Below are positions 38,381-51,700 of a stretch of 64,000 nucleotides of DNA, piece by piece. Position numbers and translations under genes: made by a program. The stretch covers positions 186,001 to 250,000 of the forward strand of contig CM068769.1 in the NCBI GenBank assembly GCA_035084275.1, given 5' to 3'. The number at the start of each line of letters is the position of its first letter. Positions within the stretch are counted from its first letter, which is position 1. The notes under the pieces were generated by a model that was not told the origin of the DNA, did not search any database, and was given only the letters and a program-made list of their open reading frames with translations. Source of the stretch: Hydrolagus colliei (taxonomy: Eukaryota).

Positions 38381-41300
38381 ATGCTGACGGAGAGGAACAC
38401 TGCCCTTCTATGAGAAATTATACAAAAATTCTCTCCGTTGCCTCTTCGCGTGGATTTTTACGAGATCTTACTTCCATTTGAGAACTGTAGAGTGCATTTC
38501 TGGCTCCCCTGACTAAACATCCTCATATACAGTTGGGAATATGGGGAGTCAGTCTACAGCGGATTCGGATCCAGAATCTTTAATTCCCTCCAATATGTCG
38601 CGAAGCGACCTCTGTGACCGCCTCAAAACCCATAGAACCAGTTACTCTATTCAAATGTGGAGCAAAAGACTGATTCACCTCCCACTCTCACCACCTTTCA
38701 CCAATATCTCTCCCGCCATCACTCACACCATCAGTATAAGGCCTTCAGCCTTCAAATAATCCAGGATCATAGTGGTTATAGCACCCGCCTCTCGCCAGCG
38801 AGAGACCTGGGGTTCATTTCTAGGAGGTCGAAATGTTGTGCAAACTTCCATACACGAAATAGCCTATAATAATCGATCAATTAAAAAAACTAACAAAAAT
38901 CTATGACTGTTTGGGGGACCCTGTAGGGCACAATTGGCTGCAGCATTTCACCCACACATATGCAGTCCATTCACTTTACAGTATACACTGAAGTGTCTAG
39001 AAGGTGGAAAAGGTCCTCTAACAATTTTCCATCCTTCCGCGGTGGAAGTGCACCCCAGAGACTGCCTGATTCGTCCCACCTTCCTCTCGTTCAAGTTCTA
39101 ACTGACGAGCTAGCTGTGTAATTGTGGTATTAGTTGCATCACCCCACACCCACCCTTCTGTCACCCCCATCGCTGCCCCACTGCGTAATTAGCCCAATTG
39201 CAGTTCGATCCCGCATGACTCCCATTACTTCATCAGTGCCCAACACCCAGCGCATTGAGGCGTTATCGGAAGGAGTTGTTTTAGATATTGTTTTTTGTGT
39301 AGCCAAGCCAGGAATTTTACACATCCTGGGGCATACCTGAATTGAAAGTCAGTTTTGTTATAGCAACTCACTTCCCCACTGTGTGTGGGAATTTACTGTG
39401 AGTAAGTCGGATGTTGTGTTTGCCATGAAAAAATAGTCAATGCGGTTTCAATCGAGATTGAGGCGTGGAGTCTTCCGAAAGTAAAAGGGTGTTGCTATTC
39501 TGAAAACAACTATTTCATTCTTCGTTTTAAATAGATCCTCTTTCATGATAGATTAAATCATGACTTTTCGCGCACTAATTATACAATGAGTTTACAGAGG
39601 ATGTGTTCTGTGTAGCCATCTGAGGTGTCTCAAGCACGTGATATCAACTGCATTTGTTAGTACTATTGTCCATTGGTCACAAAACAGTCAGGTTATTGTG
39701 GGAGGCTTTACAGATTGCTGAGAGAGCGCAGGCTCTCTCATCACGCGTACCTACTACATAGATTCTCACTCCGTCGCTCATTGGTGAATCAAACCTGGCA
39801 CGTACATTTGGTTGGCGTACATACAACAACAACAACAACAACAATTTACGTTTATATAGCGCCTTTCACGTCGGGAGGACGTCCCAAGGCGCTAAACAAG
39901 AGGCGTGTGACCCGAGCTGGGAGTGGAGTGTTTGGGAAGGGGTGAAACACGAAGGGGAGGTAAAAGAGTTCGGGGTGGAACAAAAGGCACGATCGAAGAG
40001 GAAATTCTTCAAATCGGCCTTGAAAGAGGAAAGGAAGAGGCGAAACGGAGGGATTGAGGGATGGCATTCCATAAGGTACACCGGTAACTTCCATTCATAA
40101 TCTGTGTTGAGGTAAATGTTGCGGTGTAACCATTCTGTTCAGCTGTTGCTGATGTGATGATGTTGCGATCATTGTATAAATAGAATTAACGGCCAGCATA
40201 GTGCCCAAAACACCTGATCTCAGCTCTTTCCCCACTACCAAACACACCAGCGGCTTGGTTTAGGCATATGGTCGGTTTCATGAGCGGAACCGGAATTAAA
40301 ACACTGAAAATATAGTCTCGCACATGCCTTCTCTATTCTGCACTGTGACAAAGAATATTTATATTGAAAATAACACCTGTCAATGGTAGATATATTATTT
40401 TGAGTTGGAACATAACGCATGCCTGAGCAGGGGACTGCAATTAACACGATATTTCAGCAGCTTTTAATAGTGTTCGCTCTGAGATTGGGAATCATTCTGG
40501 CTCCACGTCTTAGAATCTCGTTTCTGAAGCTGACGGTATTGGGTTGAAACAGACGTTGATGTCACAGTCTAGGCAGACGCTCTAGAGCAGCGATGAATGA
40601 GAGGGTCAATAATGATATACTGTCGTCTCGAAGAGACAGCAATTCCATAAGCACATGAACTTATGTCTCCACAAGAAAACAGAACAGAGTTTTTATTGCT
40701 GTCGTGACAAACCATCCTCCAGTTACAATTGGAATGTAGGGCTGCCAGGCTTCAGTGGATTGTGATCAGGGTCCTGGTTCTTACTTTTAAAATCTCACAA
40801 ACGCAGGTCCTCTAATCTCCATTTATTTGTATCTCAATTCAAAGACCTAGCCTCCACCAAGTCCTCCTACGAACAGGGCGGGCCCGTTGGTAAGAGGACA
40901 GGAAGTCATGGATGAAGGGTGGGACGAAGTTGTGGAGGGCTTCAAATGTGAGGAGCAGTATCTTGAATTGGAGCATTTTGATGGTGGGGAGGCAACAGAG
41001 TCGGGCAAGATGGGGGAGATGGGATCACATAGTTTGGAAAGGTTTAGGACAGGGGACTCAGCGTTCTGGATTATCTGCAGCCTGTGGAGCGGGGCATTGG
41101 AAAGGCCGACCAGCCATGCATTTGGATAAAAGAGTCGGGAATAATAAAGGCATGGGTGAAGGTTTCAGCGGATTTGGGTTTAGGTAATGGAGGAGTCGGA
41201 AAATGCTGCAGAGGTGGGGAGAGGCAGAGCGACTGATTGGGGGATGTGGGGGAGGAAAGGCAATTGATGGTTGTACAATGCACCTTCGTTCCTGCCTGTC

Positions 41301-42115
41301 TTAGAGAGGTTGTGTGTGCAACTATAGAGGTTGATGCAGCCAGATCCTGGTATAAGAAGGCGTTGGCGCGAGCGAATCAGTAGGACCTCGGTCTTGTTGA
41401 CATTCATCTGTAGAAAGTTTGCACTGATCTAGGAATTGATTTCTGACAAACAGTCTGGCAGGACAGAAGAAGTTCTGGAATCGAGGATTGAGGCAGACAG
41501 ATGGAGTTGTGTGTCATATGGATGTTGAAAAGTAGGGGCCAATAACAGAGCCCTTGAGGACGCCACAGGTGCTATTGCGGAAGCAGAGAAAGCTTTGGAC
41601 AAAATTGATGCGATGAGAGAGTAAGAGTCGTGCCAATCAAATAAACAATTGGGGAAAATTTATGTTAACCAGATTCTGTTGAATAGTAGATGGACAAAGA
41701 ACGAAATTTAGATGAACATCAAGGGAGAACAAACAAAGAACAATAGAGGAATGACAGAAAAAACAAAATAAAGCAGGAAAAAGTTCGAGGAGTGTCAGAA
41801 ACTATAAATTGACCAGGTGCAAAGAGTAATAGAAAGACCTCAAAAAATGACAAAAACAAAATACAAAATTAGTTTAACGAGCGCTTTGGTGGGAGTACAG
41901 AACAAGGTTGAACATAAAAACAATATAACTAAAACAAAGAATATGTTGCAGATTGCTTTCAGGGCAAAGCGGCCAATTGAATATGGGTTATATCGATATA
42001 AAATGATTGTGTTAAAGTGATTGTGCGGATTCGAATACAGTTGATTCGTAACGTTCGAATTAAAGGAACGAGCGAATCCACTTTGCGTTTTCGATACAAT
42101 AAAATTACAACTCAC

Positions 42116-42151
42116 CTGCAGATTCCACAGTCTTTCCCTCTAGAAGAATCA
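42116..42151 (-). CDS. 36-nt signal-peptide mini-exon of the LRC-like gene
   Basis: ttgtattttcttctgcag|TG ATT CTT CTA GAG GGA AAG ACT GTG GAA TCT GCA G|gtgagt. It is phase 1-1, and joining to the Ig exon gives ...KTVESA-DPVQKP. Confidence 0.68.
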
Positions 42152-44724
42152 CTGCAGAAGAAAATACAAGATCCGAAGAAGAATTATTAATAGTGTAATT
42201 CACAAAACAGGTGGCTGATCTGAAACAGAATAGCAACGTACTGATATACCCGGTCTCTCATTCAATCAAGGCATTTTTAACAACACGTCAGCAGTTTCAA
42301 GTCGTCACGAAAAAGGAGCCAGTGGTGGAGTAAACCAAAGCACAGACACGATTTGGAGAGAGTGGGGACACGGGTTAGGTCTCCTGAAGGACAGCGAGCA
42401 GTAACGCTGAAACGATGGTGTACGAGCTCTTGCACGGATACGATGAGAACAACAGGGGTAGTAGGACCTCTTGTCTGAACGGCCATTTTCTGTGCCGCGA
42501 TTTCCTGTGGAAGGATTGTTTGTGTTCTTGATTCGTGTCTCTGAGAAGAAGAAGCAGTTCATATACGGCCATAAAGCAGAACCTCCTCTCCCCTTGCTCC
42601 TATTTCCTCTCTCCTCTCATCGACATTTCCTTCTTCTCTCTATCGTCCTGCCAATCCTCCCTCTCCTCTCTTTCTTCATCAACGCTATCTCCTCTCTCCT
42701 CTCTCTCATCTACTTCGTCATCACTCCTCTCGAATTATATCCTCCTTCCTCTGCTGTCTCCTCCCTTCTCTCATTGGATATCCTCTCAACTGTTTTTATC
42801 CTCTCGAATCTCCTCTCCTGTCTTATCTACCATTCCCACTCTGTGCGTTCTGGAAACGTAGGAAGATAGTAACAGGAATGGGCCATTCAGCCCGTCCAGT
42901 CTATCTTGCCATTTCATTAGATTGTGTGATCTCCTTACGGATATTCTTATCTGTATCTCCACTGATGCTTTCCATTGAAATTTCCGGTTTTCTCCCGTAT
43001 TATTTCATACCCCGGTTTACCGATCGAATTATTGAAAGTATGAATGGATCAAGCATTTAACGCACCTACAAAGAGATAAATATAGCTTTCTACAACTCTG
43101 TGATCGAAAAAAATATTTCATTAATTAATTTTTTAATGGCCTGGTTTTACTTTTACGACTATGCACCCATTGTTTTGCACTCACCCACCAGAGGAATTCG
43201 CTTCACCCATCCACTGGCTGCTATGTATGCTTCTCTCTCTCCTACCTCTTGCCCCCTCTCTCCTTCCCTCTCTCCTCTCTCTGTGAGGGAAAACAATAAC
43301 AATAATTACATTTACGCAGCGCATGTAATGGCAGATGGACGAACCAAAGTGAACAATGTCGGATCTGTAAGATCTCACAAGACGGAAGGTATGGGCTAGG
43401 AAACTGATCGACTCCGCCCCCTCCATCAACCATCTCCAATAGTTTTATCGATGAATTACTTTACCCTCCCATCTCACCTCCACCTGTGTTTGAGTGTTTG
43501 TGTGTGTCCATGTGGGTGTGTGTCTCTGTTTGTCGGTGAAGTTCTGTTTGTGTGACATTCCTGCTCCACTCGCCCCTACCCAACCCCTCGGCTTACCATC
43601 TTTTCCCGCCTTTCTCTCCCTAACCCCATTTCCACAGATGTTTGTGGGGGACACCGCTGTGCGCAATTTTGTTGGCACGTTTCGCCCACAAATGCACAGC
43701 CGATTCTCGTACTATCCCTGAACCGACTCGTTCCTCCATTCTCTGGTCTCTACCTGAAGCACAGCACCTCGGGACGTCCTCCCGTCGTGAAAGGCGCTAT
43801 ATAAACGTAAGACTCCCGTCCTGCTTCCTGCCTGCCTGCTTGGTTGGTTGGTTGTTGAATTGCTTGGTTTGTTGGTTGGTTGATTGGTTGGTTGATTGAT
43901 TGATTGATTGATTGAAGAAGGCGAAGTGATTGTGTGATGGAGTTCTATACTTCGGTGCCGATAGGCTAAAGTGGGCGGATAATGCGGTGGTTACGAAAGA
44001 TGCAATAGGTCAAGGAGCAGAATAGGGGGCTAAATAGCAGTTCAGAGTAAAGCGGGATTCCGAGGACAATTTCGGAAATGAGATTAGCAACCACATTCAC
44101 CAAAGAAGAAAAATATCAGTTTCATCTTGACTACTTGGAAGTGCAGATGCAGCCAGTGGTGGACAGTGGATAATGGATAGTGGCTGTATCAGGCCTGCTC
44201 CGCGTCCACCGCCCTAACCGCCCAACCATCGGCGGCTGGGCTTTCAGCCGCTCTACTCCCACATTGCGGAGCTCCATCCCACATCGTCTCTGCCTTACTT
44301 ACTCCCTTTCCTCCTTCAAGGCTTGTCTCAAGTACTTCGTTTTTGACCGCACATTCAGCTGCCCCACTAACTCTTCCTGATCTCCCCTGTCCTTAGCCTT
44401 TCCCCAACCACCGGCTACCCACTACCACCACCCTCCTACCAACGCTCGCGTCCCGACCTGACTGTTCAGCGCTTTGAGACGTCCTCCCGACATGAAAGGC
44501 GCTATATAAGTGCAATTTCGTTGTTGGTGTATAGTGAAATTTACTATGTATTTGTGGGCGAGACATGGCAGCCATTTATAAACTAAATTGAAGCAACAAT
44601 CATGGTTTAAAATGACCAGTGTAGTCTTGTAACAACAATTGTGCAAGCAACAGAATAATAATAAGATCAATAATACAACAGTTGATATCCCCCCACACAG
44701 TGACGTTTCAAAGATTAACATCAC

Positions 44725-44900
44725 AATAACTGTGGGCGTGTCCCACACTCCTGCCAATCACTGGTTACCAGGAAGTCAGTGGGCGGGTCCGTCCCAATGA
44801 GCCGCGCGGGGTACATCGTCATGACGTCACGTGCGTATTGACCGTTGGCGGCGGCGACTCGAAAGACAAAATCAACACAGAGACAGAGACACTTGATCAC
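44725..44900 (+). promoter_or_regulatory. CpG-rich promoter-like module, copy A (inverted relative to B and C)
   Basis: GGGCGTG, CCAAT x2, GTTACCAGG (RFX half-site), GGGCGG, TGACGTCA (44822-44829) overlapping CACGTG. Confidence 0.6.
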
Positions 44901-46724
44901 TGCAGAGCTCCGAGGGGAGCTGTTTGGCGGTGCGTCGTGTATAGGGCGACAGTGTGTGGGTGGGGGCTGTGTGTGCATGTGGTGAGGGCTGTTTGTGTGT
45001 GTTGGGGGGCCGTTATTGTGTGCGTTGGGTATCTGTGTATATGAGGCGGGACGCGTTTGCGTGGGGTGGGGGCTCTGCATGTGTGGGCGGTGGTGGCTGC
45101 ATGACTTGGGCGGATGTGTGCGAATGGCGCGCTGTGTGCGTGTGTGCATGTGTGCGTGGGAGGTGGCTGTGTGTTGGCGGGGGTGGGGGGGGAAAGTTGT
45201 GCGCTGTAATCCGTCCCCCCTCCCTTTGTGTCCCTGATAATAAACTATGAAACAGTGCTTGATCACGTCTTTGAGACGTCTCATAGCGTTTCAGAGGATA
45301 CAAACTTAAAGTGAATTGACGGTGCTTTGTGGACGAAACATTGTAGTGAATTGTGCAGAGCAACATCCCATGAACAGTCGTGGACTGAGTGATAATAATA
45401 TTATGATTATTGAGGGATTATTACACTGGAAGAGCGATCACTAATCAACCAACAAGCATTTTCCGACCTGTTGGAGTCTGGCAGCTCAGGGTGAAACCTT
45501 GTATAAGTTTCCTTACTCCACACAAAGGTCTGATAATAATCCCTTAAACAAAAGTCGGTCACTTCAATCCACGACTGTTCGTGGGACACTCTTGGGCAAT
45601 GCACTGCCGCGATTCACCTACAAACATACATTCACTTCACTTCACTGTATAATCCGTAAAGTTGAGATGCATAGAATACATGATAAGGCACGATATCAAA
45701 CGCAAGGATTATTATTATTATTACTGCTGGTAAACAAAACCGTGTGTGAATTCAGGAAAATTAACCAACATTTCATCCTAACCCTCCTTGGAATGCAACC
45801 CAGGCCAACTCACTCGCTGATTGCAATCTATACATACACACAGCCATACATGCACACGTTCACATACACACACACTGTTATACACACACACATGTACATT
45901 GACTCTCGCACACCACACAGACAGAGACATTGGCTTCCATACTTTGCTCACGAAACATAATCAACTTAATCTATTGATTATGCAGTAACGCGATTTGTGA
46001 TGTCACGAAGACGGGATGAGGTGCTATACCAAATGCAAAGTTTATTATTGTGATTAGACACAGAGAAACATAAAGAGTGGCGTACAGTGTTTCACTGTAT
46101 GTGTGTGTGAGAGAATGAGTATTTGCACAATGTTATCTGTGATTTCTGATTTCCAGAGACAGAGGCCTGAATGCGAGAGAGACAAACATAAAGGTCTGTG
46201 TGAGTGTCTCTAAGTGGGTGTAGCTCAGTCTATCGAGAGCATGGTAGTGTTTCTCTGTATGTGTATATGTATTGGTGTATCATTAATAGAGACACTTTGA
46301 GGCAGACAGAGGGGATTCCAATGTTTATCTGTGTATGTATATGTCTCTCATTGTGTGTGTCTCTCTCTGTGCAACTCAGTGTGTATGTAAGTCTCAGACA
46401 CATAGAGGGCAGTGTATATGATTGAGTGTCAATTGTATGATTGCATCTATGTCTGCATTTCTGTGTCACTTTGGATGACAGGAGCCACAGAGGTGTGTGA
46501 TCAGAGAGAGAGGTTGGGTATGTGGTTCAGTATCTCTATATGTCTTTTTCGCACTGTGTCTCAGCGTGTATGTGTTTGTCCTTCTCTGCCTCTCTTTCTC
46601 TCAGTGAGTGTGTGAGAGAGACAGGCAGACAAAGTGTGTGTGAGTGATGCACAGAGAGATGGGGAAAATGTGTGTGGGTAGGGGAGCATATGTGCATGTG
46701 ATGGGGTGAAGGTGTATGAACGTG

Positions 46725-47580
46725 AACAATAGGAGCAGGAATAGGACATTCAGCCTCTCGAGCCCGCATCAACATTCAATATGATCATTGCTGAACTATT
46801 CTAGCTCCACTTACCCGCCTTATCACCATGTCGTTTAATCCCTTGATGCATAATAAATCTATCAATCACAATTTGGAATATGTTCAAGAAATGAGCATCC
46901 GCAGCACTTCGGCGAAGAGAGTTCCGTAAAGTTACTACAACCTGAGTGAAGAAATGTTTTCTCCACTCAGTGCGAAAGGGTTGACACCTATTCTTCTGAC
47001 TGTGACCGTGACTGTGACTGTTACAGCTTCTCCAACCAGGCTACACAGTCTTCCTCTGTCAACTCTGTTTTACCCCTTGATAATCTGATAGTTTTCTGTA
47101 AGAGCACCCCTAATTCTTCTACATTCTAGCGAATGTAGGCCTAGATTGCTCAACCTATCCAAGTAACTCATTCCCCTCATCCCAGGTACCAAAATAGTGA
47201 ATCTACGTTATATTCACTCCAAGGCGAGTACATCTTTTCTTAAATAAGGAGACCAAACCTGGACACAGTATTCCAGAGGTGGCCTCATCAGGGCCCTATA
47301 CAGCTGCAGCAAACTTCGCAACCATTATATACTACCGCTTTTAACATGAACGCCAACATACCATTAATCTTCCTACCTGCATGCTGTACTTGCAAGTTAT
47401 TTTTTCATTCCTGGTGTACAAGGACAACTAAGTCCCTCGGAAAGATAACACTATCAGTCTCTCCCCTTTCAAAGAATAATCTGCCGACTATTTTTACCAC
47501 GAAGATGGATAAATTCACACTTCCCTACATTTTACTTCATCTGCCACCTACTTGCCCATTCACCTAGCCTATATATATCA
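46725..47580 (-). mobile_element. CR1 LINE 3' fragment
   Basis: Reverse-strand CR1 3' UTR plus ORF2 remnants (tactgtgtccaggtttggtctccttatt; aagtaggtggcagatgaag). Confidence 0.85.
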
Positions 47581-48386
47581 CGCTGCATCCATCTCGCTGG
47601 ATCACTAAAACGTTATCCCTCCTGTTGACTCTCCCTCCTAATTTAGTGTAATCCTTGTATTTGGATATTTTATGAATGGTTGCAGGGTGTTTCGTTGAGG
47701 TGTGTGGGTGGTTGTGTTGGGGGTGGTCCTGGGGTTTGTGGGTGAGAGGTTGTATGTGTGAGGGATGGTTGTGTTTTTGAGGGGCGTTAAATGTGTGAGG
47801 TGGAGTGTGTGTAAGGGGGTGTTGTCTGTCACGGAGAATTTGAGTGTGACGGGAATTTTACGTGTGAGGATGGTTGTGTGCAAGGGCTTGCGTGTCCGGG
47901 GGGATTGTGTGCATGAGGGTGTTTTGAGTGTGTGAGGTAGGGATGTTTGTGTGAAGTGGGGGGTTGTGCATGAGATGGTGCTGTTTATGTGAGGTGTGGT
48001 TGCATATGTTAGGGGAGTGTTGTGTGTTTAAGGGGGAGTGTGATGGGGATGCATGAGGGGGATGTGTATGAGAGGGTTGTGTGTTTGGCTTGGGTGTGTA
48101 ATTGGTGTTGTGTATTGTCCCGGATATGTGGGGGCATATGCGTGTAGTGGGGAGTGGTAAGTGGGGAGTGTTTGCGTGTTGCATGGGTGTTGTAGGAGTG
48201 TGTGAGGGGGCGTTGTATGGGAATAATATGCATGGATTTGTGTGTATGGGTTCTGTGAGGAGTGGGTATGGTTACGTGACGTAGTGGTGTGGGGGTAAGT
48301 TTATGTGGGAGGACTGCCGAGAACCAGCATATGTGTATTTGTGCGTGAGCGAGAATGTGTAGGGGGTGGAGGGAGATGTGTGTGAG

Positions 48387-50633
48387 CAGGGCCGAACGCA
48401 GGATTTTTTTTGCTGGGGTGCGAATTGCTAGTGATGGGACCAACAATGGCCGTGGGCTTGCGGGCTGCCCCCGAAGCACCCTCGAGGCTGCGACGTTTTA
48501 CACAGTTTGAGGTGTTATTTAATCGATTCAGAAGATCTAATATGAACGGTAAATGTTTCATGTCCTTGGTGTTTGAGAGCATCATTATTTATTCCGTGTT
48601 TTTATTTTCCTCGGTAGTCCGTGTCTAATTGGGAAGGTCGAATGTGTTCGCCGTTAAAAGCCAACACGATTGTTGACTCGATGATGTAAGGAATGCGAAC
48701 GATAAAGTAAATTACAATCCAATTAACACAGTACAATGACGAATGCTTGATAAATGTATGCGTATAGTGAAAATGATCATAAACTACAGATTGACGGTAA
48801 TTAATAAGTTGTTCTGCATTGTTATCCTAAGACTAAATTTCTTTCGGACTGTAATGAACAATAATGTAAGAGTAAAGTATGAATTATGTGCTCAGATATT
48901 CCAGCAAAGCAAATTTTATAAAAGACAAGAAAATATACAGAAACTGAAAATCAGTGTAAAACAGTTAATTCACACGTGTTACAAGCCTGTTATCAGCATT
49001 ATCCTGAAAATATCGTTGAACTGTGAGCAATAGTGTAGTAAGTTTTTATTTATTTATTTAGAATCAAAATGAAAGGCAGTGACCCATCAAGCAATACTGA
49101 CCTGACGACAATATACTTGAAAAAATAAGGGAGGGGAAATTAATTATTTAATAGCGTTCCGTATTCGAGACGCCTTGGTCGCACTGAAGCCAATACGTCA
49201 ACCGCTCTACCAATATCGATTTCCATATTATAATGAATGTGCATTAACGCGAGGGCTGAAAGTCGCTCCTATACGGAGCAGAATGCTGGACATTTAGGCA
49301 AACCTCGACCAGGAAATTAGGTGACTCGTGAGGTATATACCAGGCTTCTAAGAGACGCCCTGAACGTTTACTGGCGACCGCATCTGACAAATAGTGAGCT
49401 ATATGGTACACTACCACACTGGTATCACAGACATTACCGCAGAGGCGTCTTAGGTTTTGCGGACATAGCTGGAGAAGCCGGGAGGAAACTGTCCATAGTC
49501 CTACTATCCTATGGGAACCATTGCACGGTCACACAACACGAGGTAGACCGGCCCTAACCTACATCGTTACTCTGGAGCGCGATTCGGGTATTGGCAGGCG
49601 GGAGTTGTCAGGCTGCATGGAGAGAAGGGATCAGTGGAGAAGTGTGGTTGTCAATGCCCGAGTTCGCTCGATCAGATGATGGTGAAACTATTTTTATGCC
49701 AAATTCGTGAGACATTGATGTTTTTTCACTCTGGGTACAAAACTGAACGTGAAATAAAGTCGCACTGTTTATCTTTGCGGTCATATGTTTTTTGCATGCC
49801 AGTGGACGTCTCTAAAAGCAATTTTTAATTACCGAATACATCTTTAATAATATAAATCAAATGTGATAATCAAGAAAAAACAAGAAACATGATATTTCAG
49901 AAACACGCCTATCAAAACTTAAGTCATTTTTACTTACATTTATCAGATTAAAATACGATTTCAGCTTCCACAAAGTGGTGCTACCTTTTTATGTAGTGAC
50001 TGTATACGGGATGATTTCCGATTGACACACCGCGTGGAATAGGCGCTAAAGCATAGGCCTATGTCCATGTGTATTTCTTTTAAAGATAGGCATTTCCGTG
50101 CAGACACATACAACTTTTTTGTTGGGTTCTCAAAAGGTTTAATTTCTCAGAAGCTTGTAAATATGTTGTCATTGTTTGCTAGCGTTACAGTCACACCTCT
50201 CAAAACTTGAGTAATTTTTACTTACGGTGATCAGATGAAAAGATGATTTTAGCTTCCAGAAGTGGTGCTACCTTTGTGGCTGTTTACGGGATGATTTCCA
50301 AACGAGGATTTGAGTCTTGGCGCCTATGTTTATCCAATCACGAGTCACAGACTCGCCGCGTCATGGACTGGTCTATCGACGTAGTATGTTTTGGGTAGAC
50401 GCCGATTCTGGTGCGCGACTCGATAATTTTATATTAATACTAAATCATTCAAAGATGTGTGTTTATAATTTATACAGAGTTTTGAAGAACTGATTGTTAC
50501 TCAAATGTTCAATAAATTTACTTGGTATTTAAATTTGATAAAAAATACAATTCTCTACCCCGGAAAATGTGGACCTTTTATAATTTGGGGGGGTGCGTAC
50601 GCACCCGTCGCACCCCCCCTGCGTACGGGCTTG
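48387..50633. mobile_element. Non-autonomous hAT-like DNA transposon, about 2.25 kb
   Basis: Imperfect TIRs CAGGGCCGAACGCAGG and CAAGCCCGTACGCAGG (rc). It is flanked on both sides by GTGAG, and duplicated internal blocks lie at about 49930 and 50220. Confidence 0.7.
49270..49640 (+). mobile_element. RTE-clade LINE ORF C-terminal fragment nested in the DNA transposon
   Basis: YTRLLRDALNVYWRPHLTNSELYGTLP; frameshifted continuation ...RRRLRFCGHSWRS...LLSLWEPLHGHTTRGRPALTYI..LERDSG. Confidence 0.75.
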
Positions 50634-51506
50634 GTGAGCATGTCCTATTGAGTGTCTGTGTCTATGATTTGGGATGCCCACAGACAGGGCCTGAATGCGA
50701 AAGACAAAGAGAAACAGACATATAGGCCTGTGAGTGTGTATCTCCCTCTCTCTCTGTACGTGTGTTTCTCCCTCTCTCTCTCCCTCTCGCTCAGCATGTG
50801 AGGCCTGTGTGTCTGTGCCTCTATCACCATCGCTTTGTGAGTCGACTGAGACTGTGTGTTTTGGTATGAGTCTCTGCGTGGGGCGTGTGTGTCCCTCTGT
50901 TTGTGCTTCTGTGTATGTGTCTCACCTCTCTCTCTGTACGTGTGTGCCACTCCCCACTCTACCTGCACGTGTGTGTCTGTCCCCCACCCTTTCTCTATGT
51001 GTCTGTGTGTGCCTCGCCCTCCCCCCACTCTCTCTCTGCATGTGTGTTTCACCCCTCTCGCGACAAATGTGTGTGTCTCCACTGCCACGCCGCCGCCCCC
51101 CACCCCCCCCCCCCCCGCGCCCCTCTCTCATTATGTGTCTGCATCCCTCTCCCAGTGTGTTTAAGGCCTATGAATGTGTCTCTCTCTGTATATGAGGCTG
51201 CGAGTGTATTTGCGTGTGTGTCTCCCTCTCTCGGGTATGTTTGCGTGTCCCAGAGACACAGAGTTGGACACAGACTCTGGGTGTCTCTCCCCCTCTGCAC
51301 GTATCTCCCTCTGTGTGTGTCTGTGTGTGTATATCTCAGGCTGCTGTGTGATCTCTGTCTCTCTCTCTTCCTGTCTATGTCAGGATATATAAATATTTCT
51401 TTCTTTCACACACCTATGTAGATATATATATATCTCCCTCTCTGCCACATTAACTCCCTCTCCCTCCCTGCCTGCTTCAGACTGCAGAGAATTCTCTGTG
51501 TCTCAC

Positions 51507-51700
51507 CTTCTCTCCATTGTCTCTGTCGCTGCCATTTCGGACCTCAATCACGTGACAGGGTTGAAGCAGGTTGATGGCGCGGCCTGTCTCACGCCCACCC
51601 GTGACGTCAACACGTTTCCTCCATCCCCTGCTGAGAGGGACAATCGCGTTTCCCAGGTAACCGGCGATTGACGGTAGTGGCAGGGAGACACGCCCACGTA
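51507..51700 (-). promoter_or_regulatory. Promoter-like module, copy B, with candidate first exon MAATETMERR (51507-51535)
   Basis: TGACGTCA at 51602-51609, GTTTCCCAGGTAAC at 51648-51661, ACGCCC boxes and CACGTG. The minus strand reads ccgaaATGGCAGCG...AGAAG|gtgaga. Confidence 0.55.

Noticed and set aside
44696-44731. Plus-strand RSS-like CACAGTG...ACAATAACT
   Set aside because: The spacer is 20 nt (neither 12+/-1 nor 23+/-1) and there is no adjacent gene segment.
44422-44757. Hydrophobic ORF (GGISTVVLLILLLFCCLHNCC) that resembles a TM exon
   Set aside because: It derives from (aat)n low-complexity sequence running into a SINE tail, has no convincing splice sites, and lies upstream of the signal-peptide exon.
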